Shown here piece by piece: positions 1 to 9,952 of a stretch of DNA of 64,000 bases. The notes below the pieces were generated by a model, which worked only from the letters and a program-made list of their open reading frames with translations, made no database searches and was not told the DNA's origin. Numbering within the stretch: the stretch's first letter is position 1; each line of letters begins with the position of its first letter. The stretch covers positions 186,001-250,000 of the forward strand of contig JAANOX010000081.1 of assembly GCA_020184695.1 (NCBI GenBank). The letters run 5' to 3'. Origin of the DNA: Histomonas meleagridis 2922-C6/04-290x (taxonomy: Eukaryota > Protista > Parabasalia). A program made the translations under genes and the position numbers.

Positions 1-1392
1 CAACATCGTGTAGCACTTAAAGGAGATTTACCAATTGGTGTCTTCTTAAACTCTGTTGAATGTTGGGCTTATCCAAAGAACTTTAGAATGGATATGTGCG
101 CAGGTGCACCACCTGATAGTTTCTCTGGCGATGGACAAAACTGGTCATTCCCTACATATGATTGGGATTATATGGCATCTGATAACTATAGTTGGTGGAG
201 AATGAGACTTCAACGTATGGCCGAGTTATTCCATACATTACGTGTTGATCATGTCTTAGGCTTCTTTAGGATTTGGGAAATACCACGCGCTACATGTGTT
301 CGTGGTATGTTAGGACATTACTTCCCATGCAATCCAGTCCATATTAATGAACTTAAAGCACGCGGCCTTTATAACATTGATCGTTACATTAAGCCATATG
401 TTAGATGGCATTTATTATGTGAGAAGTTTGGTGGAGAAGCATATGAAGTATCACAAAAGTATTTCAACTCACGTGGTGTCGATGTTGGCGATGATTACTT
501 TGACTTTAAGCCAGAATATGATAATGAAGTTAAGATCAAGAAAGCAGTTGAAGAAATTGAAGATGAGAACAAACGTAATCATTATTACCATTGTTTAATT
601 CAACTTGTAGGTAATGTATGTTTAATCCAAGATCAAAATGATCATAATTATTATCATGTCCGTACAGAAGTTAAAATGGAACATATCGAAGAGACACCAA
701 ATGGTCCAATCACTTATGTCTCTTCATCATGGAATGAATTACCAGAGAATGAAAAACGTGCAATGGAAGAATTATCAATTGATTTCACATACAAACGTAA
801 CAATGCTTTATGGGTATCAAAGGCTAATCCTAAACTTGATATCCTTAAAGATAGCACAAACATGTTAATATGTGGTGAAGACTTAGGTCAACTTACACAA
901 GAGATTCTTGACGCATTACAATCGAAGTCTTTGTTGTCATTACGCGTACAAAGAATGTCCAAAGATCCAAATCATGACTTCGATGAAATAGAATCATATC
1001 AATACATGAGCGTATGCTGCCCATCCACACACGACTCTTCGACATTAAGAGGTTGGTGGGAAGAGAATCGTCCTCTCACTGAGAAGTATTGGCACGACCA
1101 GTTATGGAGACACGACAACTGCCCATACTTCTGCGAGCCATTCGTTGTCGAAATGATCATAAAGAAGCACTTGTGGTCACGCTCGATGTGGGCAATATTC
1201 TTGTTGCAGGACTTGGCCGATATGGTGGACCACTTGAGGAAGCAATCGCCACAAGACGAAAGAATTAACTACCCACCTGACCCTAACCACAAGTGGAAGT
1301 ATAGGTACCCATACACAATGGACGAATTGATTAATGATAGCGAATTTACGAATAAGCTCTTTAACTTGGCTAAGGACAGTCATAGGATTTAA
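1..1392 (+). CDS. 4-alpha-glucanotransferase (GH77, amylomaltase/DPE2-like), 5'-truncated by the window edge
   Basis: Frame is open from base 1 (QHRVALKGDLPIGV). GH77 motifs seen: GAPPDSFSGDGQNWSFP, LRVDHVLGFFRIWEIP, GEDLG, THDSSTLRGWW, ERINYP. Confidence 0.92.
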   Translation, partial: QHRVALKGDLPIGVFLNSVECWAYPKNFRMDMCAGAPPDSFSGDGQNWSFPTYDWDYMASDNYSWWRMRLQRMAELFHTLRVDHVLGFFRIWEIPRATCVRGMLGHYFPCNPVHINELKARGLYNIDRYIKPYVRWHLLCEKFGGEAYEVSQKYFNSRGVDVGDDYFDFKPEYDNEVKIKKAVEEIEDENKRNHYYHCLIQLVGNVCLIQDQNDHNYYHVRTEVKMEHIEETPNGPITYVSSSWNELPENEKRAMEELSIDFTYKRNNALWVSKANPKLDILKDSTNMLICGEDLGQLTQEILDALQSKSLLSLRVQRMSKDPNHDFDEIESYQYMSVCCPSTHDSSTLRGWWEENRPLTEKYWHDQLWRHDNCPYFCEPFVVEMIIKKHLWSRSMWAIFLLQDLADMVDHLRKQSPQDERINYPPDPNHKWKYRYPYTMDELINDSEFTNKLFNLAKDSHRI

Positions 1393-1773
1393 GTAAAAAT
1401 TAACTCCTAAGTCAAAGTTTTCATTTGGCTGCAAACTTTTTGTAGATTCTTGTGAGGAATGAAAATCATTTTCGATGTGCAACGAAGCGGAGTCAATACT
1501 TCGGCGAAGGTCAAAAAATATTAAAAGATGATCCAAACCCATCAGTGAGATTACAGTTAATATTAACTCTATCTAAGTTTAAAATGCGTAAAGAAATTGA
1601 ACAACTTTATGAATTCTTGAAATTCGATCCTTATCCTCAAGTGCTTCAACAATTAGCATTTCATATGTGGTTAATGAGCACATAGAAAAAATTGAATTAA
1701 AAATACGTTGATTGGGGTGCCTCAAAAAGAGCGGTGGACGATCAAATGTGATTCAATTCTCCATGACCAGAAA

Positions 1774-3129
1774 ATGGATTTCAGATTTTCTTTTGCTGAA
1801 GGACAGTTAAAAAGAATTGAAGAAGCAGCAAAAGAAGCAGGTGCACCAAGAGAGTCATTTGAAGAATTATTTTCTTGGGTTCAAAATTTGAAAAATGATT
1901 CTTTCCATTCAATTAATGAATTATTTGGTTGTCTCCATAAAATATATGAAATATTAAATACGTATAAGGAACCACCTGTTAACGCTTTAAATGAAAGTGA
2001 ATTAACACATCATCTTATGCATTTTTGTGTACCACAACGATCTGAAGAAATCACAAAAATCATATTTGAAATCATAACAAAATTTTTCACACCTGAATTT
2101 CCAACAGCTAAACTTGCTTATGATGCAGGTTTTTATCATTTTTTTCTTCAAATGCTTGAATCAAATTTCCCTATTTCTGTTCTCCACCTAATTATAATCT
2201 CATTAGCACATGCTGTTGTTTATTTTCATGATATAAAAATGAGCTTTTTAGGAAATCATCAACTCCAACATTTAATCGAAATCAACGAAAAGCTTGGTGA
2301 AGAAGCTCCTTTAAAAGAAACCATCTTTTTTATGAGTTGTATTCTTGAGTCACCTACTGATCCAAACATTATTGAGCCATGTTACAATTTTGTCCTACAA
2401 TACATGAACAGACCTGAACTAATCGAAAACATATTTGATGCCCTTGGCGAGTGTATCCAGTCGAGCCGCCGCTTGAAAAACCTTTCGCTCAATAACGGCG
2501 TCCTTGAATTTTCTGAGAAAATTGCGGTTTCGGAGGACGTTAACCCTCTCGTTCGAGCTCAAGCTGTAAGTTTCTTCAGGAAGCTTCTAGATTGGGAAGA
2601 AAGCCTTACATATCAACACGTGACCGTTGAGTTTCTTATGGCAATTTCCAATCTTTTAGAATACCAGATTCCACAAGTCCAAGAAATCACAATACTTGCG
2701 ATAATTCAACTTTCACTCAATTGCTCCATTGGAATGCGAATTCTTCAAGCCGGAATCGTTACTAAGCTCATGGGCATTCTTTCAGCCGATCTTCCATACA
2801 AAGTTAAGATATCTGCATCACTTTTATCAGCAGCATTATTGTGCGAAGAAAATGTCAACTTAGCAATGAAAGTTTACGAGGCAACATTCGACATCGCATT
2901 TGAGCTGCTGCTTTCTTCGGATCACGAAAACTGGCAAATGCATGCGCTCGACTCGCTGCTGAAGTTCACGGCGACAATCGAAGCGCACGGGCTGGCGCAG
3001 GCGTCGCAGCTAACAGAAAAGAAATGGCTCGTCGAGATAATTGATGAACTTGTGGAGAGCCAAGTGCCGCGCGTGTCTGACTTGGCAAGACATCTGAGAG
3101 AAACTGTGTTTGCGAATGTTTCGGAGTAA
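1774..3129 (+). CDS. ARM/HEAT-repeat alpha-solenoid protein
   Basis: Long ORF with a helical Leu/Ile-rich repeat pattern. First in-frame ATG is at 1774; the track starts at TTG 1708. Confidence 0.6.
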   Translation: MDFRFSFAEGQLKRIEEAAKEAGAPRESFEELFSWVQNLKNDSFHSINELFGCLHKIYEILNTYKEPPVNALNESELTHHLMHFCVPQRSEEITKIIFEIITKFFTPEFPTAKLAYDAGFYHFFLQMLESNFPISVLHLIIISLAHAVVYFHDIKMSFLGNHQLQHLIEINEKLGEEAPLKETIFFMSCILESPTDPNIIEPCYNFVLQYMNRPELIENIFDALGECIQSSRRLKNLSLNNGVLEFSEKIAVSEDVNPLVRAQAVSFFRKLLDWEESLTYQHVTVEFLMAISNLLEYQIPQVQEITILAIIQLSLNCSIGMRILQAGIVTKLMGILSADLPYKVKISASLLSAALLCEENVNLAMKVYEATFDIAFELLLSSDHENWQMHALDSLLKFTATIEAHGLAQASQLTEKKWLVEIIDELVESQVPRVSDLARHLRETVFANVSE

Positions 3130-3546
3130 TATTAATAAATGTTTCAATACTTTGTTTGACTTTATTGTTCATTTCAAAATTGATGATGTTTGTGTAGGTT
3201 TAAGCATGTAATTGCAGATGTGTAAATAATATTTTGTAGTATTAAATTCGTCATATGATTATTTAAGAAATCATTAATGCATTAAACCAGATAATTATTT
3301 CATGTGATTTTTTGTTTTTAACCAATTACTCTAAAAATCTTTATACCGAGTGTCAACTATTATTTACTTAATACAAATGATGCCTTACTGGAAGATTTTA
3401 GAATTTTTGTTGTTTTATTTCAAAAAAGAACTGCTGAATAAAAAAATTCAAAAAGAATAAACTGTATAAAAAAATATTTGCTTAGTTTATATTATTTACT
3501 TAGTTAATTTCATCAATGGCTTCTTCGTCTGAATTATTTTCATCAC

Positions 3547-3873
3547 TTATTTTTCATTTACTTCTTCATCTGTATTAAAGTCAACAATTGTTTCGTCTAC
3601 ATAATGAATTTCGTTTTGGTTTTTGTCCGATTCATTTTTATCATCTTCTGATTGAAGTCCGTCATTTTCTGCTTCAATTTTTTCCTCTTCTGAATGAAGT
3701 TTGATGTTTTCTGACTTCTTCAGCATCATCAACTTCTTCAATTTTATCGTCTTCTGAATGATTTTTTTCGTTATTATTGTTGACTTGCAGGAAGAGTAAA
3801 TAATAAAATCATTGGATAATAATAATAAACCAATTGTGAAACTCAATTTAAACATTGTTTTTAAGCAACACAA
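3547..3873 (-). CDS. small hypothetical protein (hydrophobic N-part, acidic tail), possibly frameshifted near its end
   Basis: 108-aa ORF. An acidic reading (SDENNSDEEAIDEIN*) continues in another frame just past the stop, after an A-run. Confidence 0.3.
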   Translation of the reverse strand: MCCLKTMFKLSFTIGLLLLSNDFIIYSSCKSTIITKKIIQKTIKLKKLMMLKKSENIKLHSEEEKIEAENDGLQSEDDKNESDKNQNEIHYVDETIVDFNTDEEVNEK

Positions 3874-4125
3874 ACACTGATCAATTAATATTTTTATAAA
3901 AAGTATTCATTAGAAAATATAAATAAAAATTTTGTATGTACATAATTGGAAATGAAGAACTTAAAAATTATAAAACAAAATACGAAAATTTCGAATTTTT
4001 TACTTAGTTTATATTTTTTGATAATTAGTATAATTATAACGCGGAAAATTGTATCAATGCGCTTGCCAAAGTGTTCGCCTTGAGAAACATTAATATTAAA
4101 GGAAATTTTTTTTTGAAAAATGATT

Positions 4126-4644
4126 TCAAACATTTCTTTTTCGCATGTATGAAATCAGATGTTGATATGAAGGATCTTGGGTAAATTGATTATCATGTGT
4201 ATCATGCTTAAGTGGACATGTTGAGATGTAATTCTGCAATGTTGTTGCCAAATTAATTGCTTGTTCATCATAATTAGTTGTTATACAAATATAGTTATTT
4301 TCTGGCAATGACAAGTAAACACAGTTTGAATTGACTGATATTTTCGATGTTAAAGGAATCTGAAGAATGAAATCTTTTGCTTTATTCATCATTTGATTGT
4401 TTAAAATAAAAATTATTGGTGGGTATTTGTCATGTGTTGATAAAACAAAAAGAGTTCCGCTTATTTTTATTTTTTGCCATTCATTATTTTTAAAAATGTA
4501 TACTGAACAACTTGTTATATCTAAAATATAGTCATCAAAATGTGCATTAACAATGTTATGTAAAACGCGCAAGTTCCTAATTTTCTTTTCTTCTTCTGAT
4601 ATTTGTATTACAAAGGGGAAAAGCTTCTTTTCCATCTGAAGCAA
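4126..4644 (-). CDS. DCP1: mRNA-decapping enzyme subunit Dcp1-like (EVH1 fold)
   Basis: NLRVLHNIV...SVYIFKNNEWQKIKISGTLFVLS...PPIIFILNNQ matches the Dcp1 family pattern. Confidence 0.7.
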   Translation of the reverse strand: MLQMEKKLFPFVIQISEEEKKIRNLRVLHNIVNAHFDDYILDITSCSVYIFKNNEWQKIKISGTLFVLSTHDKYPPIIFILNNQMMNKAKDFILQIPLTSKISVNSNCVYLSLPENNYICITTNYDEQAINLATTLQNYISTCPLKHDTHDNQFTQDPSYQHLISYMRKRNV

Positions 4645-4995
4645 CGGGCAAAGATTTTACCCTTTTGCAGAACGATAGGAGCGCTATTGCATTTTTCATA
4701 TCACATGTCGTTTTTCATTTCTTTTTTTTTGTTGTTGAATTTCACATTATTCATTGTCCATTCATATAACCAGTAAAGAATTTGTTGTTAAATTTCAATT
4801 TTAAATCAGATTTCTAAAAATATGTAATTTGAAATATTTTGATTTAACTTGAAGTTTTTGATTCACATTCTTATTAAATAAGTTTTCCCATATTTTTTAT
4901 CATTAATAACAACTTTAACAAAAGACTTTTATTACGCATTTCTTTTTTTTAACATTTGTCACTTTTCTCAATTTTTGTCACTTTTCAGCAAAAAA

Positions 4996-6588
4996 ATGAG
5001 TCAAGCAAAAATTGCTGTCGATGATGTTGTTTGTCACATGGAAATACCGGATCAAAACATTGTCGTAGAGGGCAAATTCAAAGTGACGCAGTACAATCCG
5101 GATATTTTTTCAATGGAATTTATCCCAAATAATATGGTACCATTTGATCCCAAAAAACGCAATGTGGAAGAGTCACACATCTATTTCCTACTCCACCAAA
5201 TCAAAAGTATACAATTAACCAAACAAATTGGCAAAGCTCAAGTTATCTACATATCGTTTGTTATTTCCAAAATTCCAAACCAAATTCGATTCGTGTTCAA
5301 AGATGGTTCTGACGCGATAATGAACAATTTTTTCAACGAGTTAAAGTCGATGGGTCTCATTAGTGCGCATAACACATATCAAGATTTCTACAACGTCAAT
5401 GCCAAATGCGACAAATCGTTCATATTTCCTCAGGACAGCATTACACTTACACAAGCCAACTGTCTCATCTCACATCGCAATATGTTATCGACACTTCCCG
5501 AACTAGACTCAACACAGCCTCCAGTTTCGTTATCAGAGTTCCAACAGCACCTTAACGAGGATGGATCTCTCCATGATTTCCAAGCACTTAAGGAACATAT
5601 CTTCCAATCCGGACTTACGAATGAGGCGCGTCCTTACGCATGGCCATATTTGTTTGGTCTTTTTAAGCCATCGATGACACTCTCCGACCGCACTACTTTC
5701 ATGGCGCATAATTATGAGAACTATAATGTTCTTGTTTCGCAATATGAAAACCAAATCCAACTTCAGTCACGTTATATCAACTCGCTAATGGTTGTTAAAC
5801 AAGACTGTTTCCGAATAGACTCGAATGCAGCTATGTTTGAAGAAGGGTCACGTGCACGGACAATGATCGAACGGATTCTTTCATGTTATCATTTGTATGT
5901 ACCGGATATTGGTTATGTACAAGGAATGACTGATATCGCAATGCCATTGTTCCCTGTGTTTTTCAAGTCGTTTAAGGATAATGATAAAGTCGAATTATAT
6001 GATAATACTTTGGTGGATACGAAAGAAGCAGAATCAATCATCTTTTGGAACTATGTTAAGCTTTTGGAAGTTAGTGAACAGGATGCATTGTTTGGATTCA
6101 TGAAAGAGAATCAGGCGTTTTTAGCAGAAAGAGTTTTCGCGATTATTAGTATGAACCAATTGAGTACAAATGAAAGAGCTTTAAGTCGTTGGCTAATCGC
6201 AAATAATTTGAACAATTTGTTCTTCATATATTCTTCGTTTTTACTGCAGTTCAAACGAAACTTTCCAACAGAATCACTTTTGGGGATTTGGGATATTATA
6301 TATTCATATGAAAACCCTTCGGCTTTTATTAGGTTCTTCACTGCTGCCGTTTTGTTCTTGATATTCCCTGAAATTGCTTCAGTAGGGACTCCTCAACTCG
6401 GAGAAATTATTTCTTTGGTAGATGCGTCAATTAGAAAATATGAAACAAAACAAATATTGGAATTGGCAAAAAGATTATTAAAGAAGGCAAAAGATAATGA
6501 CTCACAAAGTGAATGGATATTTATGAATTTGCCGACTTTTAGGAAAAAGGTGGATAATTATCCAAAATATTTTTCACTGAAGAAATAA
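4996..6588 (+). CDS. TBC-domain Rab GTPase-activating protein (TBC1D15/Gyp7-like)
   Basis: ARPYAWPYLFG, VKQDCFRID (IxxDxxR finger), GYVQGMTDI (YxQ finger), FLLQFKRNF...LGIWDII. Confidence 0.88.
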   Translation: MSQAKIAVDDVVCHMEIPDQNIVVEGKFKVTQYNPDIFSMEFIPNNMVPFDPKKRNVEESHIYFLLHQIKSIQLTKQIGKAQVIYISFVISKIPNQIRFVFKDGSDAIMNNFFNELKSMGLISAHNTYQDFYNVNAKCDKSFIFPQDSITLTQANCLISHRNMLSTLPELDSTQPPVSLSEFQQHLNEDGSLHDFQALKEHIFQSGLTNEARPYAWPYLFGLFKPSMTLSDRTTFMAHNYENYNVLVSQYENQIQLQSRYINSLMVVKQDCFRIDSNAAMFEEGSRARTMIERILSCYHLYVPDIGYVQGMTDIAMPLFPVFFKSFKDNDKVELYDNTLVDTKEAESIIFWNYVKLLEVSEQDALFGFMKENQAFLAERVFAIISMNQLSTNERALSRWLIANNLNNLFFIYSSFLLQFKRNFPTESLLGIWDIIYSYENPSAFIRFFTAAVLFLIFPEIASVGTPQLGEIISLVDASIRKYETKQILELAKRLLKKAKDNDSQSEWIFMNLPTFRKKVDNYPKYFSLKK

Positions 6589-6786
6589 CAAGTAAACGAA
6601 TATGTGAAACATTGTGTTTTTTTAATATAAACATCAAATGGTTTGATGAAGATTTTGAAAAGAAATAATTGTGTGAATTTATTTCCTTTCAAATTGATTG
6701 TATTTGAATGAAAATAGATTTTGACAATTAATTTGTTCTTTTCTTTTAAATAAAAAAAAATTAATCAAACAAATATTTTAATGAAA

Positions 6787-7440
6787 TTAGTTTTTGCGTC
6801 TCCTAAGAAACATGCGTGCCATAATAGAAATAACTGGGAAAAGTAATGGAAATGTAATAGCTATGAGCTCGTCATTAAGTGGTGGACTAAGAGGCATGGA
6901 AAAGTGATCATCATAACATTTGTGAATTTTAGGGAAAAGAGTTCTATAATTTTCATATTTATTGGTAGAGATAACCGATGTTTCAAGTTGATAAGCCATC
7001 TTGACAATCGATTGGCATGATTGTATTCCTGGTAACAAAAGCGAGTTATCAATTTCAAGTGAAAAAGGATATGATACAGAATTTGTAATGAGTGATATTA
7101 ACTCTTGTTCTTGAATAGAGTTTGACTTCAAAGTACACTTGAAGAAGCCGTCGGAATATATGCATTTATTCGGATGAGAAGGATCATCTTCAAATAAAAT
7201 TTTACATTCATCTTGATTTGGCTTGGTGTAATTAAAATCTTTCATATTCTCAATTCTGTTTGCTTGGAAAGGTATTATTATATCATCTTTTGAATAGTAT
7301 AAAATTTTATTATAAGGAATACATAGAGGAACTGTGGAACAATGATTCAAAGGTTTGTATTTAAAATAGAACGAGAGAGCAGAAATAGATATAGTTATTA
7401 ATACTAAAGAGAGGTCGATTATTTTTGAATATCTCTCCAT
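6787..7440 (-). CDS. hypothetical membrane protein (N-terminal and C-terminal hydrophobic segments)
   Basis: 217-aa ORF ending in a TM-like stretch followed by RRRKN. Confidence 0.55.
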   Translation of the reverse strand: MERYSKIIDLSLVLITISISALSFYFKYKPLNHCSTVPLCIPYNKILYYSKDDIIIPFQANRIENMKDFNYTKPNQDECKILFEDDPSHPNKCIYSDGFFKCTLKSNSIQEQELISLITNSVSYPFSLEIDNSLLLPGIQSCQSIVKMAYQLETSVISTNKYENYRTLFPKIHKCYDDHFSMPLSPPLNDELIAITFPLLFPVISIMARMFLRRRKN

Positions 7441-7498
7441 TTTTTATGAACGTTTATGTACACTTTTGTTTACATCATTTCACAAGGACGATGCAGTG

Positions 7499-9898
7499 AT
7501 GACCCAAAAAATTGCTTCTCTTTTATATCAAACATTTTCATGCAATAGTCAAAATGCAACAGAAATGATTAATTTTGCAGAACAACAATTAATTAGTTAT
7601 GGTTTTAGTTTTGAATTTTGTAATTGTATTTTACAAATAATTTGTTCGATGGAGTTTCCAATATCAATTAAAATTTCTGCTATTTCATTCGTTTCTAATT
7701 TAATTCCGAATTTTTGGAATACAATATCAAATGAAACCAAAACATTGATTTTAAATTTTCTCGAAAATTTTCTTCCAATAGCCTCTGATGATCTTGTTAA
7801 TACTTTAAGTAAGCTTGTAGATGTTGTTATCAGAATCACATTTTTAACTGGTGAATGGCCAAATTTAATGAATATCATTATTGATAAATTTAAAAATCCA
7901 TTACAAAGAACAGCATCATTCATATTCATAAAAAGCATATCATGTTTATATTTTCCATTATATGATCAAACCATTCAATCTTATATTAATTTTTCGAATA
8001 TTATTCTTCCAATAATTTCAAGTTATATTTTAAATAACAACGATATGAAATGTATTATACTTTCATATCAAGTCATTAAAAAACTTTCAAAGTCATCGGT
8101 TCCACCAATATTTAAAGCGAATGCAAACATTTTAATTGAAATATTTAAAAAGGCGATTTCAATAATTTACAACGAAAGTGTCGACATATTACAGTTAAAT
8201 CCAATAATTTCATTATTTAATGTATATATTTATCGATATAAACAAATCATTGATGAAATATTACCAGAAGCGATTAAATGTATCATATATTTACTTCATA
8301 AAAATCCAAATTTAAAATTGCAAATTAAATGTATTACATTTATAAAATGGTGTATCTGTTATCAGCCAACATTTGAACTTATATCGAATAATATTTTATA
8401 TTTCATACAAAATATATTTCAGCCAATTTTTTCTTTGTCTAACGAAGACATTTCTGATATCACAAATGATCCATATAATTTTATTATCAATTTTAATTCA
8501 TCAAATCGTTTAATTTTATATGAAACATTACGTATGAAATCCGATGTATCCGAATTTTTATGTGCACAAATAACAAATAATTTAATCAGCACATTACAAA
8601 GTCAACAAAGTAATGAATTATTAATCTTTTCTTCATGTTATTTATTTTCGACTGTCTCAAAACATGTTAATTCTGATATTTCTTTAATAATTGAACCACT
8701 TCTTGAAAGTTCTTCTTTTGTTTTACAAATTTCTGGATTAATTGCATTAAATAATATAAAAGTATCAATACAAATTATTATAAAAACAATTTCATTACTT
8801 TGGAATCCATTAATTACAATTAAATACTTTTCATTATTAAATATTTCCGAATATTTATCAAAAATTGGTTCAAATGAAAAACAAATTTTGATTAATTATT
8901 TCGGTAATAACATATTACAAATATTTAATGTATATTTCGAAATATCAAAAATGTTTTACGATTATGATTTCATTGAAATTCTTCAAATTTTTATTAAATT
9001 TTTCGGCTGTAATTTGTATAATATTTCATTTGATATTATTAAAGAATCGTATAGCGTTTTTATCGAGTGTATTTCGCATAATAATATGGCATCGGGTGAT
9101 ATAATGTTATCATCGATTTCTTTGTTTCTTAGAGAATTATCAAATGAAAATGAGTTATGTCAAAACATTTGCGTTTTGTTATTAGAACAAATTTTTAATG
9201 ATTTTTATAATTTTCCTTTTAGTTGTGTCGAATCGATAATCGAATTAATTACAAATATAATTTGTATAACTCCAATGATAACAGATTTACATTGGAAAAT
9301 TTTTATATATTTTTCATCATGTTTAAAATCATTTACTGAAACTGTTTTTATTTGTTTTTATAATTTAATTGTGAAAAGTTCGAATAATAATTTTCCTGAT
9401 TTTTTATTAAAGTTTTGCTTTGAAATTTTGAAACTGTTCGATATAAATGAAATTGGTTTAACATTTCTTTTCTTTTCTGCAATTTTTATTAGAACTAATC
9501 CAACAAATGAATTACAACAATTAATAAAAATTTTATTTCCAATTGCTTTAACAAATATTAAAACATATAATTCTTCAACTTTAATTACTTCGATGATAAT
9601 TTGTGATCCGAAACTTTCTTTGGAATTTATAAATGAAAATGTGTTAATGTGTTTTGTTGAGAATTGTAACTTTAAAGAATTGTTTGCTGTAATATTGAAA
9701 ATAAATTCGTTTCTACCAAAAGAGAAAATTTGTTCTCTTGTGGAAATTGCACTAAATTTATATAAGCAAGAAAAAAATGATGAATATAGTGATTGGTGTA
9801 TCGAAAATTCGCCTCATTACATACAAACGGAAATTTTGCCTTTGTTTGATGAGAAATCATTGATCGAGAGCTTCTTTGAAATGATAAAAAATTTGTAA
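7499..9898 (+). CDS. importin-beta-family (importin-7/8-like) HEAT protein
   Basis: IBN_N-like start (FAEQQL...CILQII...IKISAISFVSNLIPNFW), GEWPNL and DITNDPYNF motifs, about 800 aa helical. Confidence 0.65.
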   Translation: MTQKIASLLYQTFSCNSQNATEMINFAEQQLISYGFSFEFCNCILQIICSMEFPISIKISAISFVSNLIPNFWNTISNETKTLILNFLENFLPIASDDLVNTLSKLVDVVIRITFLTGEWPNLMNIIIDKFKNPLQRTASFIFIKSISCLYFPLYDQTIQSYINFSNIILPIISSYILNNNDMKCIILSYQVIKKLSKSSVPPIFKANANILIEIFKKAISIIYNESVDILQLNPIISLFNVYIYRYKQIIDEILPEAIKCIIYLLHKNPNLKLQIKCITFIKWCICYQPTFELISNNILYFIQNIFQPIFSLSNEDISDITNDPYNFIINFNSSNRLILYETLRMKSDVSEFLCAQITNNLISTLQSQQSNELLIFSSCYLFSTVSKHVNSDISLIIEPLLESSSFVLQISGLIALNNIKVSIQIIIKTISLLWNPLITIKYFSLLNISEYLSKIGSNEKQILINYFGNNILQIFNVYFEISKMFYDYDFIEILQIFIKFFGCNLYNISFDIIKESYSVFIECISHNNMASGDIMLSSISLFLRELSNENELCQNICVLLLEQIFNDFYNFPFSCVESIIELITNIICITPMITDLHWKIFIYFSSCLKSFTETVFICFYNLIVKSSNNNFPDFLLKFCFEILKLFDINEIGLTFLFFSAIFIRTNPTNELQQLIKILFPIALTNIKTYNSSTLITSMIICDPKLSLEFINENVLMCFVENCNFKELFAVILKINSFLPKEKICSLVEIALNLYKQEKNDEYSDWCIENSPHYIQTEILPLFDEKSLIESFFEMIKNL

Positions 9899-9952
9899 TA
9901 TATAAATAAAATATTAAAGAATTTTTATTGATTTTATTAATATTAAATTTGA